From: Desulfomonilia bacterium
GTDB lineage: Bacteria; Desulfobacterota; Desulfomonilia; UBA1062
NCBI GenBank assembly: GCA_050014195.1
Contig: JBEKDT010000012.1
Location: 64,001-128,000 of the forward strand
Reading direction: 5' to 3'
DNA length: 64,000 nucleotides
Each line of letters begins with the position of its first letter. Positions within the stretch are counted from its first letter, which is position 1. The notes beneath the pieces are model-generated. The model did no database searches. It saw only the letters and a list, made by a program, of their open reading frames with translations, and was not told the DNA's origin. The position numbers and the translations under genes were made by a program. This document shows positions 49,841 through 59,912 of the stretch, one piece after another.

Positions 49841-50600
49841 AGGATAACTGTTCGATAAAGCCGGAAATCGCAGCCATTATCGGATTGGATGCACTCAGGG
49901 TCTTCATGCTCCTGCCTGTCTCGCCTGCAATCGCCAACTCAGTGTCGAACGGCAGCACGAGCCGATAATCAGCCCCGATCTCTTTCATCAAGGCAGCTGC
50001 ACCCTCCGGTATGGCCCCGTCTCTTGCGAGGTTTACCACAACTGCGAGGCGCTCGTATACAATGCCCATTTCCAAGGCAAGGTCATAGAGCCGCTTTATG
50101 GTCAGGATCCCCCGCTTTGAAGGGTCGCCGACAATGATCATAAGGTCAATCTTCTGATAGAGACGCCGGGAAAGGTTTTCAAGCCCGGCTTCATTATCGA
50201 TGACAATGAAGGGATAATGCGCGGATAGCTCCTTGATGACATCGCTGAAGAGGTTGTTGGCATAGCAGTAACATCCGGGGCCTTCGGGCCTGCCCATGGC
50301 GATGAGGTCGAAGTCGTCCGCTTCCACCAGGCTCTCAGCGATCCTGACTTCAACCAGTTCCCGCTTGGATATGCCGCTTGACTGACCAGTGCTTGATTCC
50401 CGGCTCTCTTCCCGGATCTGCCCCACGGTCTTTTTTACTTCCACGCCGAGCGCCTGATCGAGGCAGGCGTTGGGGTCGGCGTCTACGGCGAGCACAGGGC
50501 GATGACCCTTATTGATAAGGCAGGTGATGATGGCTGCTGCAATGGTAGTCTTGCCCGTCCCGCCCTTGCCGGTGATTGCTATGGTGTACCTGTTAGCCAA
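49815..50600 (-). CDS. cooC: CooC/AcsF-type Ni-insertion ATPase
   Basis: GKGGTGKT, DADPN, GPGCYC, DNEAGLE. Confidence 0.92.
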   Translation of the reverse strand: MANRYTIAITGKGGTGKTTIAAAIITCLINKGHRPVLAVDADPNACLDQALGVEVKKTVGQIREESRESSTGQSSGISKRELVEVRIAESLVEADDFDLIAMGRPEGPGCYCYANNLFSDVIKELSAHYPFIVIDNEAGLENLSRRLYQKIDLMIIVGDPSKRGILTIKRLYDLALEMGIVYERLAVVVNLARDGAIPEGAAALMKEIGADYRLVLPFDTELAIAGETGRSMKTLSASNPIMAAISGFIEQLSFAGEKVHG

Positions 50601-50614
50601 GGCGGTGCATACCT

Positions 50615-51718
50615 TTAGAGCTGAAGTACGCCATGGGCATGCAGGGAAAGATCTCTCAACATGCCGAAAACCAATTCACTATCGCTCACTAAAAGAGATC
50701 CGGTGCCGCAGGAAGGGGTGATGAGGGATTGATCCAGGACCTGGTGCTTTTCAATATGCGCCTTTGTACAGAGGTTATCGATAGTGTGGATGAAGCGGTT
50801 CATCAGTGAATCCACATCCTGCTCACGAATGGCAGGTGAGGTCGGGACTATCCCCCATGCAATCAGCCCTCCATGAGCGATAAACCTGCTGAGCGCGTCG
50901 GGATACAAGGCAATGGATTCCCCGTATCCGAATGCATCGAAATTGATCAAATCGACACCTGCATCGATGAGTATGGTCCAGTCTGTGTTCCCGCAGCAAT
51001 GCACACCGGCAATGGCATTCTCGGCATGGATGGCCTGGACCAGCTCGTCTATGAGAGCAACCACTTCCTCGCGTTTTACCGAGATGTAGGTGGAGGAACC
51101 GAAGGCAGAGAGGATGGGTTCATCGATGAAGCAGATGAGCTTGTCCGCATAGGGTCGGAACTTCTGTATCTGCCAGCAGCATTTCATGGCCAGCGCCTTG
51201 ACGATGACATCGCGGAACTCTTCGTTATAAAAGATCGCCCGCTTGTTTTCATCCACAACGGTCAATGCAAAGGAGCAGGGACCCGTGTTCTGGACCTTTA
51301 CAAAGGGATATTTCGCCCCTTTTGTCTTCAGTAGGTCTTCAAATCCGTAAAGACCCTTCGCAAAATCAGGGCTGATCGCCATAGCCGAGCAGTCTCGGTT
51401 CCCCTCGTCCGGATCGAGGGCGGCCATATAGGATTCGTAGAAGGCGGCAAATTCTTCGGAGTAATCTCCCGATGTATCAAAATACAAGCGGCCCTTTTCA
51501 CGATCAATAACCGCTTTGGGCATGCCTTCGGAAAACTGTATCTCCATCTGCTCATTGAGTGAGCGCTTGGGCAGCTGGGGCCATAGCGGAGCGTCCGGTA
51601 ATGTATTGAAGACAATATCCAGGGCCTTTCCCGGATCGCTATGGGGAAAGCTTCCAATGGCTGTTGCTATGCATTTTGTTTTGATTGCCATGTCTTTATA
51701 TGTGTCATTCCCGGCCAA
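50615..51718 (-). CDS. Core (single-barrel) methionine synthase, MesB-like; likely start ~51691
   Basis: TAIGSFPH, WPQLP..EQM..QF.EG.P, FIDEP, GVHCCG, AWGIVPT, LITPSCGTG (H-x-C..C Zn site). Confidence 0.75.
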   Translation of the reverse strand: MAGNDTYKDMAIKTKCIATAIGSFPHSDPGKALDIVFNTLPDAPLWPQLPKRSLNEQMEIQFSEGMPKAVIDREKGRLYFDTSGDYSEEFAAFYESYMAALDPDEGNRDCSAMAISPDFAKGLYGFEDLLKTKGAKYPFVKVQNTGPCSFALTVVDENKRAIFYNEEFRDVIVKALAMKCCWQIQKFRPYADKLICFIDEPILSAFGSSTYISVKREEVVALIDELVQAIHAENAIAGVHCCGNTDWTILIDAGVDLINFDAFGYGESIALYPDALSRFIAHGGLIAWGIVPTSPAIREQDVDSLMNRFIHTIDNLCTKAHIEKHQVLDQSLITPSCGTGSLLVSDSELVFGMLRDLSLHAHGVLQL

Positions 51719-51772
51719 CTCCGCCGAAGCAATTTATATGGCTGCGAAGGCTGGACGGAAGCGGGAATCCAG
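51705..51772. repeat. Palindromic repeat with a nested insert
   Basis: GTCATTCCCGG..[CCGCCGAAGC..GCGAAGGCTGG]..GCGGGAATCCAG. Confidence 0.5.
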
Positions 51773-51812
51773 TATTTTCTGCTCCTTATGGTCTTCTTTA
51801 GAAGTTTGTTTT

Positions 51813-52598
51813 CTACAGTAATTTCTTGACAATATCAGCAAAGAGACCTAGCAGATTATCATCAAGATTGTCAATTGCCGACTTCCCGTCGCGATCGTTG
51901 CCGAGAATGGCTTCAGAGTAAGGGATATAGCCGATTATTTCAGTTGCATCCAGTTCGCGTCTGATCAGATCTTCATCAGAGAGGGACCTGATCTTATTGG
52001 CAATGACCTTGATATTCCTGATGCCGATATCGGATGCCATGACAGCAATACGTTTATACGATTCAATGGAACGGGTGCCCGGTTCAACGACCACGATGAA
52101 GGAAGTGACGCCTCTTGCCGTAGCACGTCCGAGATGTTCGATGCCAGGCTCCATGTCCAGAAACAGAATCTCGCCCCGGTGAAGGACCAGATCCTGTACA
52201 AGTGCCTGCAGGAGCACATTCTCCGGGCAGGCACACCCGGAACCGCCCGATTGTATGGCCCCCAATACCACAAGATCAATGCCCCGGTGATGATAGGCAT
52301 AGGTATCGGCAATATCAGCAACCTCGGGGTTGAGCTTGAATATCTGACCATATTGTTGAACCTTGGCCCCGGTCCGCTCTTCGATGAGCCTCTTGTGCTT
52401 GGCAATCGTGACGATGTGCTTTTGTGATTCGATCGGTATACCCAGTGCTGAAGCCAGATTGGCATCAGGATCTGCATCTATGGCCAGGACCTTGTTCCCC
52501 TTTTGTGCGGTTAAGAGTGCCAGGGCGGCGGTAATAGTGGATTTTCCGACCCCGCCTTTACCCGTTATGGCAATCTTTTGTGCACGCCGGTTTTCCAT
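51813..52598 (-). CDS. cooC: CooC-type Ni-insertion ATPase
   Basis: GKGGVGKS, DADPD, GSGCACPE, DMEPGIEHLGR. Confidence 0.92.
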   Translation of the reverse strand: MENRRAQKIAITGKGGVGKSTITAALALLTAQKGNKVLAIDADPDANLASALGIPIESQKHIVTIAKHKRLIEERTGAKVQQYGQIFKLNPEVADIADTYAYHHRGIDLVVLGAIQSGGSGCACPENVLLQALVQDLVLHRGEILFLDMEPGIEHLGRATARGVTSFIVVVEPGTRSIESYKRIAVMASDIGIRNIKVIANKIRSLSDEDLIRRELDATEIIGYIPYSEAILGNDRDGKSAIDNLDDNLLGLFADIVKKLL

Positions 52599-52662
52599 GA
52601 GTTTTTGAGATCTACGACATATTACCCTTTATCGTCAATATCGATGGTATCCGCGGTCAGAA

Positions 52663-53730
52663 TCATCTTAAGGTAATGGCCTTTTCAGGACAGATTTCCT
52701 GGCAGCAGAAACAGGAGATACACGAATGGACGTTTACCTGCGGGATGTTCTTATCCATGGACAATGCTGATACGGGGCACTGGTCCATGCAGGTGCCGCA
52801 CCCCGTGCACAATTCGGGATCAGCCTGCGGCCGCATGATCATTCGAGTATGGATCAAAGCCTGCATCGCTTCATTATGGAGAATCACTTCTCCGCCAAAG
52901 GAGGGGAGCTTGAAATCGTTTAGTCGCAACAACTCACCGATCACTTCTATGGTACTGAGCTCGTATTCTCCGAGGCCCACCTCTTGAGCCTTCCGTAAGA
53001 ATCGCAGCCTGCTCGGTTCGCATCCCATCATCGTTGCTATGATGGCATCGAGGGCCACGGCGTTGTCAGAGGCCAGGATCTGGCCGATGTCCCTAAGGTC
53101 GGGGGAAGCCGGGCCATTGCCTTCCATACCGACTACGGCATCGACGATGAACAGATCCGGTACCCTTAAGCGGAACACGTCGACGAGCATTTCATGAAAC
53201 CGTTCTGCATTACCTGCTGCCTTGTGCAGCATAGCCTTCTGGGCACCCGGTAGAAAGCCATAGTTATTTTTGATGCATCCTGTCATGACGGTTAGCCCAT
53301 GGGTCTTGAATTTCGGCAGGCTGATGATGATATCGGCATCCAGCACAGCCTGAGAGATGCTTACTATGGGGGCGAATGCGAGATTGAACTCGACCTTCTT
53401 TGAATCGTTCCCGATGTTTAGATAATAGCCTTTGGCTGCTTCCATGAGGCCGGTCTTTTGAAAACTTTCCTCGTTTGCCCCATAATTGAACAGGCCAGGG
53501 TTGTCACCCACAACGATTTCACCGGGCCGCATGGCCTCTACCTTTTCCACTACGGCCCGAAGCACCGCAGGGTTGGTGGCGATACCTTCTTGCGGCAATG
53601 AAGCCCGAAGCACATTGGGTTTTATCATAACCTTCTTCCCGTGTAACTCTAAGGGGAAGAGCTCAAAAGATCTGTCTACAGCCTGGTGTACATTCTCATA
53701 AGTTGCAGGATGGATCATTACTTTTGCCAT
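52663..53730 (-). CDS. DUF362 + 2x[4Fe-4S] protein
   Basis: IKPN, PKFKTH, IKN, GMEGNGP; CTGCGTC..CP, CISCFCCQEICP. Confidence 0.9.
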   Translation of the reverse strand: MAKVMIHPATYENVHQAVDRSFELFPLELHGKKVMIKPNVLRASLPQEGIATNPAVLRAVVEKVEAMRPGEIVVGDNPGLFNYGANEESFQKTGLMEAAKGYYLNIGNDSKKVEFNLAFAPIVSISQAVLDADIIISLPKFKTHGLTVMTGCIKNNYGFLPGAQKAMLHKAAGNAERFHEMLVDVFRLRVPDLFIVDAVVGMEGNGPASPDLRDIGQILASDNAVALDAIIATMMGCEPSRLRFLRKAQEVGLGEYELSTIEVIGELLRLNDFKLPSFGGEVILHNEAMQALIHTRMIMRPQADPELCTGCGTCMDQCPVSALSMDKNIPQVNVHSCISCFCCQEICPEKAITLR

Positions 53731-53733
53731 GGT

Positions 53734-54759
53734 TTAATCCCTCTCGGTATGATTTTTATCAGCCATCCCCCCGGTGAATAGACGTAAAAAGACCTTGGGT
53801 ATCGGTGTTTCAAAACGCAGTTCTTTGCCGGTCATCGGATGCCGGAATGCAAGGACCCGGGCATGAAGGCCGAGACGTTTCATCGGGTTTTCCCTGCCGC
53901 CATATTTCTTGTCACCTATTATGCTGTGGCCAAGGTCTTTCATATGGATACGGATCTGGTTCTTACGTCCTGTTTGAAGTTTCACCTCCAGCAGCGAACA
54001 GATAATATTTTTTTTGATCACCCGGTAATGGGTTATAGCTTTCTTGCCGTCTCCGGGAGTAGGGCTGGAGTACACGACAAGGGCCTTGTTTTCCTTCAGC
54101 CATGAGGTGATAGTACCGTGCTCCTGTGGTATAAGTCCCTCTACAACCACAACATAACTTCGTTCAATGACATCTTCATCCCAGGCATGTTGCAGCAGTT
54201 GTTGTGTTTCTTTGTCCTTTGCGAACATCATTATTCCTGAAGCCTCTCGATCAAGACGATGAACCACGAAGATGCGGCCCTTAGGGTTTGTCTTTTTTAA
54301 CTGGTCACTCAATATCCTAAAAGCGGTCCGTTCATTTTCTTTCTCCGTGGCAATGGAAAGCAACCCGGGAGGCTTTTCAATTACTATTAAATAAGGGTCC
54401 TCATAGAGTATCTTCATCCCTCTGTGGGGGCTTTCCTGCAGCACCTTTGACCAGTTTATTACTACCTGCTGGCCCGGCTTAAGCCGATGATTGAACTGAG
54501 TCGTTACTCTATAGTCCACAGATACCTGATGATGTGCCAGGAGAGACTTGATCGTCTTACGGCTTTTATCAGGCATCTGATCGAGCAGATAGTTCATGAG
54601 CTCGGCGGGCTCCACAACCGTAAAAAAAGTCTGCTTGACCTTTCCTCCTGCAGGCTTTAACCCATTCCGAGATCCGTCTATCATGATTTCCCTTGTAAGA
54701 AGACCTTTCCTGTATTCTCTATCAGGGCTGTTCTTTCTATGTAAGGGGAAAAACGTCAA
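53734..54759 (-). CDS. RluA-family pseudouridine synthase (start uncertain)
   Basis: KPPGLL, VHRLDREASG, TGRKNQIR, GDKKYG, LHA. Confidence 0.93.
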   Translation of the reverse strand: MTFFPLHRKNSPDREYRKGLLTREIMIDGSRNGLKPAGGKVKQTFFTVVEPAELMNYLLDQMPDKSRKTIKSLLAHHQVSVDYRVTTQFNHRLKPGQQVVINWSKVLQESPHRGMKILYEDPYLIVIEKPPGLLSIATEKENERTAFRILSDQLKKTNPKGRIFVVHRLDREASGIMMFAKDKETQQLLQHAWDEDVIERSYVVVVEGLIPQEHGTITSWLKENKALVVYSSPTPGDGKKAITHYRVIKKNIICSLLEVKLQTGRKNQIRIHMKDLGHSIIGDKKYGGRENPMKRLGLHARVLAFRHPMTGKELRFETPIPKVFLRLFTGGMADKNHTERD

Positions 54760-54834
54760 ATAAAAGAATTCACGACTACAAGAAAAACACGGGTGATATA
54801 ATTATCATTCCTGTGTTTTTTTTGGAATTCTGTT

Positions 54835-56658
54835 CTATTCCATAACCACGAGCATGCGGCAGTGGGTGCAATCAAAGGCAAGCCTGAAGCGGCGATGAGA
54901 GTTTTCGATAAAGAGGGGCTCAGCAAGACGCGCAGGGGTTTTCGCTCGGAGACATGCTGACAGGCAGCGGCGCACGCAGTGTTTGGTGGTCATGATGACG
55001 GTCCCGGGCACAGGCCCTTGCAACTCAAAGGCAGGTTCAATGGCGGATACGCCATGCTTCCGGTAGAACTCGCGTGCGGCCCCATTGCTGATGTTATAGC
55101 TGTAGTCAAGCTCTATCACAGGGTATCGGACCTTGGAGTGCGACATTGACCGGCGTGTGAGCCGCTTATAGGTTTGAGCACGGGTAGTTTCCAGTTTGGC
55201 GATGAGTTCGCGGCGTAACCTGTTAAGCTCGGATGTGCGTAGGAAATAGGGCTTGGTCTCCATCTTCAGGGATGCAAGGTAAAACATGCTGCTGGCCAGC
55301 TTGGAAAGTTGTTTTTTTATGGTATCCATAGCAGCTTCGGGTTTTTCAGCCGGTTCCTTGGCGATAGGGAGGGTGATGGATTCCTGTATGCCGTCTTCAT
55401 CAATGCCCTCAAGCTCAAAGCCATTCTGGGTCTGACGAAAAGTGAGATACAGGGCAATCCTGCGCACAGCGGTAAGACTTTCAAGCTGCTTGAGAAATTG
55501 ATGGTCATGGTTGCGGAAGATTATCATGCCGGGCCTGAGTCCATTTAACGACAGATGTACCTTGACATGTTTGCCGATCACCTTGACCACCTGCAGGCCC
55601 TGGAGTTCTTTCTTCTCGTCAAGAAAGCACAAACCATCTCCCGGGTGAATGGCATCGGCTCCTCCGGCCAGTTCGAACCAGTTCGGACCGCATTCTGTGA
55701 CCGTTCCGATTTCCTCACCAATAGACTTGGGCGTATCAGGCGACCAGATGCCGTGGGTATCACCATTGAGAAGATAGTTGGTGGCGCCACGATGAAATGT
55801 TTTACAGGGGTTGGGGGTGAAGAAAATCTCGGTACAGCCGCTGGAGGCGCGTTGTAGATCGGCCCGGGTATTAAGAATTGTATCGATCCGGGTGCGGTAA
55901 AAGGCAGTGACGTTCTTGACATAGGCGATGTCTTTTAGCCGGCCTTCGATCTTAAAGGCGGTGATGCCCGAGGCGATTAGATCGGACAGATAATCACTGC
56001 GATCCATATCCTTGAGACTCAGGAGATGGCGGTTATGTTCAAGCACTCGCCCTTGACCATCAATAAGGGTCCATGGAAGCCGGCAGGGCTGGCCGCAAGC
56101 CCCTCTGTTGGCGCTCCGACCGCCCAGGGCGGCACTCAAGTAGCAGCGGCCGCTGTAGCTCACGCAAAGGGCACCATGCACGAAGGCCTCTAGTTCGATG
56201 TTAGTATTCCTCCGGATTTCATCGATCTGATGCAGGGAGAGCTCTCGTGCAAGGATGACACGATGGAACCCGATCTGTTCCAGAAAACGGATATGGGCGG
56301 CATCGGCGTTGTGCATCTGTGTGCTGGCTATAAGCGGCAGGGGCGGCAGATCGAGCTCGAGCAGGCCCATGTCCTGGATAATCAGCGCATCTACTCCGGC
56401 CTCCCAGGCCTGTCGGGCAAGTGTCTGGGCGGCTTTTAATTCATTATCGAAGAGGATGGTATTAAGTGTTAGGTATGCTTTGGCCCTGTAGAGATGGGCA
56501 TATCGGGAAAGCCTTTCGATGTCTCTCATGGGATTACCGGCTGCAGCACGGGCGCCGAAGGATGGACCACCGATATAGACTGCATCCGCACCGTGATCTA
56601 TGGCGGCCCTGCCGTATTCAAGATCTTTGGCCGGCGCAAGGAGTTCTATGGGTGTCAT
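54835..56658 (-). CDS. U32 peptidase-family protein with DUF3656 (RlhA-like)
   Basis: ELLAPA, GADAVYIG, EAFVHGALCVSYSGRC, NRGACGQPCR, KIEGRLK. Confidence 0.9.
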   Translation of the reverse strand: MTPIELLAPAKDLEYGRAAIDHGADAVYIGGPSFGARAAAGNPMRDIERLSRYAHLYRAKAYLTLNTILFDNELKAAQTLARQAWEAGVDALIIQDMGLLELDLPPLPLIASTQMHNADAAHIRFLEQIGFHRVILARELSLHQIDEIRRNTNIELEAFVHGALCVSYSGRCYLSAALGGRSANRGACGQPCRLPWTLIDGQGRVLEHNRHLLSLKDMDRSDYLSDLIASGITAFKIEGRLKDIAYVKNVTAFYRTRIDTILNTRADLQRASSGCTEIFFTPNPCKTFHRGATNYLLNGDTHGIWSPDTPKSIGEEIGTVTECGPNWFELAGGADAIHPGDGLCFLDEKKELQGLQVVKVIGKHVKVHLSLNGLRPGMIIFRNHDHQFLKQLESLTAVRRIALYLTFRQTQNGFELEGIDEDGIQESITLPIAKEPAEKPEAAMDTIKKQLSKLASSMFYLASLKMETKPYFLRTSELNRLRRELIAKLETTRAQTYKRLTRRSMSHSKVRYPVIELDYSYNISNGAAREFYRKHGVSAIEPAFELQGPVPGTVIMTTKHCVRRCLSACLRAKTPARLAEPLFIENSHRRFRLAFDCTHCRMLVVME

Positions 56659-56824
56659 GTCAAGTCATCTAGTACAAGCCAATATTGCATGACAATACCC
56701 AATCCTGGTGCAGGACCAAGAGAGGGTTATAAATATTATCCGGGAGTTGTTTTTTTTAAATTTTATCAAATCATTTTTTTATACAAATCTTGCAAACGAT
56801 TTTATAGAGCCTTATTGATAATGT

Positions 56825-57082
56825 GTGAATAAAAGACAAATGAGAGTACTTATTGTAGTTGTTGTATTTATACTGATAATGATACTGTTCCCACCGTTTC
56901 ATGTCGTGTATGCCCCGGGAATTGTTATATATGAAGGTTATCATTTCCTGTATAGCCCGCCTAGCTTTCAAGGCAGGATAGTTGCATCAGTAGATATAAG
57001 ATCGCTATTTGTGCAATTATTTGCCGTGATCGCCCTTGCATCAATGCACCTGTATATTGTCCGTGACAAGCCTAAACAGTGA
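56825..57082 (+). CDS. Hypothetical two-TM membrane protein
   Basis: Hydrophobic termini, LFPPF..GYHF motif. Confidence 0.6.
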   Translation: MNKRQMRVLIVVVVFILIMILFPPFHVVYAPGIVIYEGYHFLYSPPSFQGRIVASVDIRSLFVQLFAVIALASMHLYIVRDKPKQ

Positions 57083-57676
57083 TTAGATGTGCAACGGTCC
57101 TTCACAGATCGTCTCCGAGAGCATACGTCTATTGCTTGGGGATTCGCGTTTCTTAAGCGTTTCCGGTAGGTCTTCCAAGTTCCCGGGTTTGCCTATTGCC
57201 GCCATCGCCTCGACATTGAACTCTCCCGGAATATTCAATACGGTCCGCGCCAGTTCATAATCGAATCCTTGCATGCCGTGCACGACGTAGCCTTTGAGTA
57301 TACCCTGAAGTGCAAGGTTCTCCCATGCAGCACCGGTATCATAGGAATGGGTGATTGACGGCTGGTTATTATGGTCGAAAGTTGTCTTGGAGATGAAAAC
57401 CAGTAGTGCAGCTGCGTTTCGAGCCCAGACTTGGTTGGACTCAGTGAGCAGGTTGAAAAAAAGCGGCCAGTATTTGGTGTTCCGTCTTGCATAAAGGATG
57501 CGCCACGGCTGGTTGTTGTTCGAAGACGGCGCCCATCGTGCGGCTTCAAATAACACCATGAGTTCCACATCAGGGATCTCTTCACCCGACATAGCACGTG
57601 GCGACCAGCGGTCGAGGAAAAGTTTGTCAATAGGGTGGTCGGCTTGCCGTATGTCACTTCCTTTTATCATAGGCAC
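57083..57676 (-). CDS. Nitroreductase family protein
   Basis: RWSPRA, AARWAPSSNN.QPW, DTGAAW, HGMQGF. Confidence 0.93.
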   Translation of the reverse strand: MPMIKGSDIRQADHPIDKLFLDRWSPRAMSGEEIPDVELMVLFEAARWAPSSNNNQPWRILYARRNTKYWPLFFNLLTESNQVWARNAAALLVFISKTTFDHNNQPSITHSYDTGAAWENLALQGILKGYVVHGMQGFDYELARTVLNIPGEFNVEAMAAIGKPGNLEDLPETLKKRESPSNRRMLSETICEGPLHI

Positions 57677-57943
57677 GTTCTGTATTCTCCTTGTAGGTTC
57701 ACTTGCTCCTTATTGATAATCGAGGGAAAAACATACCTGATTTAACATTTTTTCTAAATTAAAATCCCATTTCCAGCTCAACGAACTTGTGCAAGAGAAG
57801 ACCTGTGTTGAATAGTGGGGGCAAGTCTTGCTTTGAGAAATTCATAAAGTAATTAATAGGTGTGAATATAATGATGCGTGACCTGAATACAGGCATTATC
57901 ACGGTATTACTGAGAGAACGATGAAAATTGAAAGGAGACAGAC

Positions 57944-58741
57944 ATGAATAAAATCCTCCTAATCGGTTTTTGCTGCGCCTTCATATCAATGTTGACGTTG
58001 GGCTCTCCGTCTTGGGCAGCAGTAAGGACAGAGATTGTCCCTTACAAACATGGGGATGTGGAGCTTATCGGTTACCTGGCTTATGATGACTCTGTTAAGG
58101 GACCCAGACCAGGGGTCCTGGTCGTCCATGAATGGTGGGGCCTCAACGGCTATATTAAGAAACGCGCTGAGCAGTTGGCTTCTGATGGTTACATCGCATT
58201 TGCCGTGGATATGTATGGAAAAGGTTTCATGACCAAAGACCCGAATGAGGCAAGGGCCTTTGCAGGAAAATTCAGGGATGGTGACCGCAAGCTTTTACGC
58301 GATCGGGTGAATGCAGGATTAAAGGTGTTACGGGATCACCCTCTAACGGATAAACTGAGAATTGCCGCAATAGGTTACTGCTTCGGGGGTACAACAGTGC
58401 TGGAGCTCGCCAGAAGCGGGGCAGAGATAGCCGGTGTAATAAGCTTTCATGGGGGGCTCGATACGCCTAACCCTGATGATGCCAAGAACATAAAGGCAAA
58501 GGTGCTTGTGCTCCATGGGGCAGATGACCCGAATGTACCTGTTCCCCAGGTCATTGCATTTCAGGAAGAGATGCGAAAGTCAAAAGTCGACTGGCAGATG
58601 GTCAGTTACGGAGGGGCGGTTCACAGCTTCACAAACCCTGATTCCGGGTCAGATCCTTCTCGTGGTGCAGCATATAATGCGAAGGCCGATAAGCGATCCT
58701 GGGAGCATATGAAAGTCTTTTTTACTGAGATATTTAAATAA
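57944..58741 (+). CDS. Dienelactone hydrolase family protein
   Basis: HEWWG, GYCFGG, SFHG, HGADD, HSFT. Confidence 0.93.
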   Translation: MNKILLIGFCCAFISMLTLGSPSWAAVRTEIVPYKHGDVELIGYLAYDDSVKGPRPGVLVVHEWWGLNGYIKKRAEQLASDGYIAFAVDMYGKGFMTKDPNEARAFAGKFRDGDRKLLRDRVNAGLKVLRDHPLTDKLRIAAIGYCFGGTTVLELARSGAEIAGVISFHGGLDTPNPDDAKNIKAKVLVLHGADDPNVPVPQVIAFQEEMRKSKVDWQMVSYGGAVHSFTNPDSGSDPSRGAAYNAKADKRSWEHMKVFFTEIFK

Positions 58742-58764
58742 CAAGTCGGAAAAGAGAAAGTAAT

Positions 58765-59610
58765 TCAGTTAAATTTGATGAGATACCGGTATATCAGCCA
58801 GAAGTGTGCGCTGCTTCCGAGCATGACAAAGATGTGGAAAATCTCATGGTATCCGAAGAACGGGGGCGTGTCATCCGATTTTTCCAATGCATAGAAAATT
58901 GCACCTATGGTGTACGAAAGGCCGCCTACAACAAGCCAGAAGATGGCCCAGGGCTGAAGCGTTCTGAGGATGTGGCCTGTAGCGACAAGAGAGAAGAAGC
59001 CTGCAAAAAAATATATTGAAAGACAGATCTTTTTGGGCACTTTAATCCAGTATAACTTGAAAATCGTACCAAGGGCGGCTATCACCCAGATGCATGCGAA
59101 TACACTCCACCCGAAAGGGCCCCTGAAGGGTATGAGGCAAAATGGGGTGTAGGTGGCTGCTATGAAGACAAATATCATAATGTGGTCGAGTTTTCTGAGT
59201 TGCAGGATCTTTTTTGCAGAAAGAGGGAGCCAGTGGAACAGTGTACTGACCACATAGAGAAGGATCATGGATATGCCGAAGATCGAATATGTTACCAAGT
59301 GCCATGGTCTGAAAGGTTCCGTAGTTTCCAAGACAAGGGCGACAAGCCCAACAGCTGCGAGTACTGCACCAAGGCAGTGTGTGAGACCGCTCATGGGTTC
59401 TCTGAGTCTCGTTTTAGCTTGTAAATGAAGAATCCGGTTTTCTATCAAAGATATTAAGTCTTGGAGGCGGGTGTTTATCCCGGTATCGGGTAATCCTTGG
59501 GGAAGGGCGACAGGACCGGGATGTGGGAGGACGGCTTCGGATACCGAAGGGATGTTGCGGGATACTGTATCTTTTCGTGATGCTGTCATACCACTCTCCA
59601 GTTCAAACAA
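58765..59610 (-). CDS. Hemolysin III / PAQR family membrane protein (start uncertain)
   Basis: REP.S..TH, STLFH, DH..IF..IAATYTP, HEIFH.FV..GS..H. Confidence 0.9.
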   Translation of the reverse strand: MFELESGMTASRKDTVSRNIPSVSEAVLPHPGPVALPQGLPDTGINTRLQDLISLIENRILHLQAKTRLREPMSGLTHCLGAVLAAVGLVALVLETTEPFRPWHLVTYSIFGISMILLYVVSTLFHWLPLSAKKILQLRKLDHIMIFVFIAATYTPFCLIPFRGPFGWSVFACIWVIAALGTIFKLYWIKVPKKICLSIYFFAGFFSLVATGHILRTLQPWAIFWLVVGGLSYTIGAIFYALEKSDDTPPFFGYHEIFHIFVMLGSSAHFWLIYRYLIKFN

Positions 59611-59912
59611 TAAGCAATAATTATATTATTATCTATTCACCCTGCGTGCCATAAATTGTAAAAAGGAGGATTATTCCAACAGGCCTAATTTATTGGTGAA
59701 ATGAATTATTGATCAATATAGCTTAGGATTACAAGAAATAGAGAGAGAAATTTATTACACATTAACGGCAAATATATCCATATTATATTTATACAAATTC
59801 ATTACGGTTAGATCTATTGACCTTTACCCTGCCTATAGGTAATAACCCTGATAAAGTTCATCCAGAGGATAAGCCTGTGAACAATAATAAGGTACGAAAG
59901 GGGTTTTCACCG

